NCBI GenBank assembly: GCA_950097015.1
Contig: CATNEN010000034.1
Span: forward strand, 3,534,001-3,598,000
Direction: 5' to 3'
Length of the DNA stretch: 64,000 nucleotides
Source of the DNA: Macrostomum hystrix
Taxonomy: Eukaryota; Animalia; Platyhelminthes
A model generated the notes under the pieces. The model searched no databases. It saw nothing but the letters and a program-made list of their open reading frames with translations, and was not told where the DNA came from. A program made the translations under genes and the position numbers. Below are positions 59,101 through 64,000 of the stretch, in pieces. Position 1 is the stretch's first letter. Every line of letters begins with the position of its first letter.

Positions 59101-60860
59101 TCGGGAGAATATAAGATGGGAAGAATATAAGCTGGGAAGAATAGGAGATCGGGAGAATATAAGCTGGGAAGAATAGGAGATCGGGAGAATATAAGATGGG
59201 AAGAATAGGAGATCGGGAGAATATAAAATGGGAAGAATAGGAGATCGGGAGAATATAAGCTGGGAAGAATAGGAGATCGGGAGAATATAAGATGGGAAGA
59301 ATAGGAGATCGGGAGAATATAAGCTGGGAAGAATAGGAGATCGGGAGAATATAAGCTGGGAAGAATAGGAGATCGGGAGAATATAAGATGGGAAGAATAT
59401 AAGCTGGGAAGAATAGGAGATCGGGAGAATATAAGCTGGGAAAAATAGGAGATCGGGAGAATATAAGCTGGGAAGAATAGGAGATCGGGAGAATATAAGA
59501 TGGGAAGAATAGGAGATCGGGAGAATATAAGCTGGGAAGAATAGGAGATCGGGAGAATATAAGCTGGGAAAAATAGGAGATCGGGAGAATATAAGCTGGG
59601 AAGAATAGGAGATCGGGAGAATATAAGCTGGGAAAAATAGGAGATCGGGAGAATATAAGCTGGGAAGAATAGGAGATCGGGAGAATATAAGATGGGAAGA
59701 ATAGGAGATCGGGAGAATATAAGCTGGGAAAAAATAGGAGATCGGGAGAATATAAGCTGGGAAGAATAGGAGATCGGGAGAATATAAGATGGGAAGAATA
59801 TAAGCTGGGAAGAATAGGAGATCGGGAGAATATAAGCTGGGAAAAATAGGAGATCGGGAGAATATAAGCTGGGAAGAATAGGAGATCGGGAGAATATAAG
59901 CTGGGAAGAATAGGAGATCGGGAGAATATAAGATGGGAAGAATAGGAGATCGGGAGAATATAAGCTGGGAAGAATAGGAGATCGGGAGAATATAAGATGG
60001 GAAGAATATAAGCTGGGAAGAATAGGAGATCGGGAGAATATAAGCTGGGAAGAATAGGAGATCGGGAGAATATAAGCTGGGAAGAATAGGAGATCGGGAG
60101 AATATAAGCTGGGAAGAATAGGAGATCGGGAGAATATAAGCTGGGAAGAATAGGAGATCGGGAGAATATAAGCTGGGAAAAATAGGAGATCGGGAGAATA
60201 TAAGCTGGGAAGAATAGGAGATCGGGAGAATATAAGATGGGAAGAATAGGAGATCGGGAGAATATAAGATGGGAAGAATAGGAGATCGGGAGAATATAAG
60301 CTGGGAAGAATAGGAGATCGGGAGAATATAAGATGGGAAGAATATAAGCTGGGAAGAATAGGAGATCGGGAGAATATAAGCTGGGAAGAATAGGAGATCG
60401 GGAGAATATAAGATGGGAAGAATATAAGCTGGGAAGAATAGGAGATCGGGAGAATATAAGCTGGGAAGAATAGGAGATCGGGAGAATATAAGCTGGGAAG
60501 AATAGGAGATCGGGAGAATATAAGATGGGAAGAATAGGAGATCGGGAGAATATAAGCTGGGAAAAATAGGAGATCGGGAGAATATAAGCTGGGAAGAATA
60601 GGAGATCGGGAGAATATAAGATGGGAAGAATAGGAGATCGGGAGAATATAAGATGGGAAGAATAGGAGATCGGGAGAATATAAGCTGGGAAGAATAGGAG
60701 ATCGGGAGAATATAAGATGGGAAGAATAGGAGATCGGGAGAATATAAGATGGGAAGAATAGGAGATCGGGAGAATTTAAGATGGGAAGAATATGAGATGG
60801 GGAGAATATAAGCTGGGAAGAATAGGGGATGAGGAGAATATCAGATGGGGAGAAAAGGGG
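56150..60860. repeat. ~4.7-kb purine-rich satellite of 16-bp monomers (gggaagaataggagat / cgggagaatataagct / gggaagaatataagct) with higher-order structure
   Basis: Visible units; source of the spurious 1717-aa minus-strand ORF. Confidence 0.98.
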
Positions 60861-61599
60861 ACGGGGAGAATTTGAGATAATATGAATATGAGATGAGGAG
60901 AATAGTAGATGGGGAGAATAGGAGATAATGAGAATAGGAGATGGGAGATGGAGAGAATGAGAGGTAGAGAGAATGGGACAAAGGCAGAATGGGATAAGGT
61001 AAGAATGGGAAAAAGTAGAGAATAAGGGAAGCAGAAAATAAGGGAAGGGGAGAAGATGAGAATTAGAGAAGTGAAAATATCGTGCGAGAGGGGAGAGATG
61101 GTGAGGAGAGGACACAGGAAGTGACAGAGTTAATAAATATGCGGCCAAATATCTAAAACGGAAGACAAAGGTTGGAGAGCCGAGGTGAGGATTTGATGGA
61201 AGCAGCAGCAGCAGACGTTGGGGAAGCGGCAAGTGCTGAGATCAAGACACTGCAGACCACCAGGCCATAAACACCTAAAGCAATGCAATGCTGTAGAATT
61301 CTCGCCTCCCAGCGGCGCTCCCATCCCGGCCTGGATAAGCGGACGAGCTTTACGATCGGGATTGATTTTTCCCCCCAAGAAATCAGAAAATCCCCACTGG
61401 CTGCCGGGCCAGTAAATTAATGATTTCTTGTTGAAGCAGCGAAACACTCACCCAAATTGGGCCGCGGGTGCTGCGTGTATTTGAGCCACTGAATTAGTTA
61501 TGATAATGAGAGCCAGACTTGCCTGCAGTGAGGGGTGAGCTTGTGTTTTTCTAATGCTGGCCCCTGCACTTTGCTCGCTTTTGTGTCAAGAAGCTAATG

Positions 61600-62055
61600 T
61601 CCCACACTCCCACCTGTTTCTGTCCCACACTCCCCACCTGTTTCTGTCCCACACTCTCCACCTGTTTCTGTCCCACACTCTCCACCTGTTTCTGTCCCAC
61701 ACTCTCCACCTGTTTCTGTCCCACACTCCCCACCTGTTTCTATCCCACACTCCCCACCTGTTTCCATCCCACACTCTCCACCTGTTTCTGTCCCACACTC
61801 CCCACCTGTTTCTATCCCACACCCACAACTGTCTCTGCCCCCACTCCCACAACTGTCTCTGCCCCCACTCCCACAACTGTCTCTGCCCCCACTCCCACAA
61901 CTGTCTCTGCCCCCACTCCCACAACCGTCTCTGCCCCCACTCCCACAACTGTCTCTGCCCCCACTGCCACAACTGTCTCTGCCCCCACTGCCACAACTGT
62001 CTCTGCCCCCACTGCCACAACTGTCTCTGCCCCACTGCCACAACTGTCTCTGCCC
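61600..62055. repeat. Two adjoining 24-bp minisatellites (cccacactctccacctgtttctgt, then cccccactcccacaactgtctctg)
   Basis: Unit switch near 61820. Confidence 0.95.
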
Positions 62056-62568
62056 CCAATACTCACCAGTATCTTTCTTATAAAATTTAAGCTTCGAATT
62101 TCAAGCAGAGAAAGGTACTTTAACTTTAACCCTCTGAGTCATTGTCTCGGAGGCCTATATATCCAGCCTTACGGTGCACTGGACACAACTCGTAGACGGT
62201 CCTGAGGGAACAAAAAATCGATTTCCCCAAAGAACCAGCCGCGCTTAGACGAAAAAACTTAAACTAGCTACTCAAAATGGAGCATGCATTATTGAAGCCT
62301 GCTGTGCGCCTTGATCCGACGCTCCCGAAGCTAAATGGGAAGCAAAAAATGCACTCTCCCAATCTAGCTCTGATCCCCAGTTTGCGGACTGCCCCTAGGA
62401 CGGTGATGAGCTCGGGTGAACTGAAAAAATACCGAACCCAGTGTCCAACACTGAATGAAAGAACGAAAAAATATGGCCTAGTAGTCGGCCGCTCCGCTAA
62501 TTATGAATTCGAACTGTGGGTTGTCGAGGCCTTAAGAAGCCTGAGATCCTGTCTGTACCCAAATCAAC

Positions 62569-62569
<1 letters not shown>

Positions 62570-62613
<44 letters not shown>
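62570..62613. repeat. (CTG)~14 microsatellite
   Basis: Uninterrupted triplet run. Confidence 0.95.
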
Positions 62614-62616
<3 letters not shown>

Positions 62617-62674
62617 AACACTCAGTCTAAATTGAGTAGATTTTTACAGCAGATTAAGATGGAGGTGGAGGACT

Positions 62675-62960
62675 GCGGGCAATGGCACATCATTTGGTGA
62701 CACTTGACCCGCAGCCAGCGAGGAGGCAATTCTGCCCATTTCGCTGACTCCTGAGCACACACGCACACAGATACCGTACGCAGGCACGCGCTCACACAGG
62801 TGTGTACATCTGCCCTGACTTTCTCATCGTCAGCCAGTGTACACTTCACTGTGCCTTGGAGGTTGGCCCTCAAGGGCGTAGATTGCACGACAAGCCACCA
62901 AGCCTTCTCTCCGCGGCTGCGCCCCAAATAAATGTGGCCTCGCCACGTCATTGAGCTCAG
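62675..62960 (-). mobile_element. SINE family 1 copy, 5'-truncated head
   Basis: tttggtgacacttgacccgcagccagcgaggaggcaattctgccc...aatgtggcctcgcc. Confidence 0.85.
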
Positions 62961-64000
62961 CGATATCCCCCTAATAACTCACGTGATTGCTTACCTCACT
63001 ACGAAACTCTTATATCTATTTTTTTCTTTCTGCTCATTCGAAAATCTGAAAATCAACGTATTTAATTATCTAACTGAACTAAAATTTACTTGAATGTTAA
63101 TTTGTCCTTATCAGAATTCGTGATTTTCTGATCACTGTTACTATTTCGTGATCGAATTATAGATTTTAATCAAAGTTTGGAGCGAATCTAGGTTACCCAG
63201 TTCATTGAGCAGCTCAACCCAGTCAAGAGCAAACTGAGAATTTTGGAAACAAATGTCCAACAAGAGATTTGTCTGCTTCGACTGAAGAATAATGCTTTAT
63301 GAGCACAGTTTGAGCAATATAATAAATTGGTAGGCCCTACTAAACTATTACTACTGAGCACGCGTAGCTGTCTGAGACTTCAACGCCAAGCCGGGAGCAG
63401 ACAATTTATCCCATTTGGGGCGGGGGAACTAACCACGATAACTGATGGGGAAGGAAAGCCAAAAAAACTTTGGGAAACTAGCTTAACTCCCCCCAGAGGG
63501 ACCGGAGTACAGAAATCAACGCTTTTTTCAGTTCGGCGAGTAATCGACGCCAGCCCCCACCCCACCCCACCTCCAACCAGTCTCGAACTTTCAGTTTCTC
63601 TCCCCGTTTTCATTCCGCTAATTTTCTCTTTAGGCCCCCCAACCCTGGCCTTTCTTCTTCTCTTATTTCCCGCTTCCGTTGCGGAAGCTTCAACGGCCGG
63701 GCAGAAGTCTGTTTGCTGGTCGAGGGGAGAATTTGGGAATTGGATTCCTCAGCTACCCTCGTAAAGCCATAAGCTTTCCAGTCGGCTTTAATAATCTGCT
63801 TTTCTAATCTTCCTAAACAGAAAGCACTTATTACTCTTACTTTATCATACACAACGAAATTAGTGCATTTCGGCGCGAAGTGGGAATTCGCTAATACAAT
63901 GTGCATCGGTGAAATTGTGAATGCTGAAAATAAGTTAAATATCTATTGTACACAGTTTAATGCACTTATCTATCTCATTATCTTTCTATCCACTCAACTC

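Noticed and set aside
56079-61232. 1717-aa minus-strand ORF
   Set aside because: It is the translation of the 16-bp purine-rich satellite, whose pyrimidine strand lacks stops; no domain content

Overview
This is eukaryotic (animal) genomic DNA. Evidence: GT-AG introns, tRNA-headed SINEs, GC-rich exons with poly-Ala/Gln, and about 20 different minisatellite arrays that together fill roughly a third of the window. The style resembles a free-living flatworm such as Macrostomum, but that is inference only. Supported protein-coding content: (1) a two-exon class A neuropeptide-type GPCR (3259-4363 + 8360-8775) whose intron holds a spliced Crypton-like tyrosine recombinase; (2) a four-exon DEG/ENaC channel (15101-19092); (3) a multi-exon low-complexity S/A/G/Q-rich protein gene (about 24303-39110). 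Gene (3) has introns that contain an intact-ORF piggyBac, inserted in the TTAA of a SINE, and a His-Me finger (HNH/His-Cys box-like) ORF that runs directly into a 2.3-kb 32-bp tandem array. Also present: a mariner relic, a TA-flanked MITE and two SINE families. Most long ORFs in the supplied track are artefacts of tandem repeats. No rRNA, true tRNA or CRISPR array was found. The best candidates for novelty are the HNH-derived ORF plus array (possibly spliced into the host gene), the Crypton-like element with dyad boundary motifs, and unrelated minisatellites that share exact core motifs. All exon models were built by eye from splice motifs and reading phase, and none is transcript-validated.
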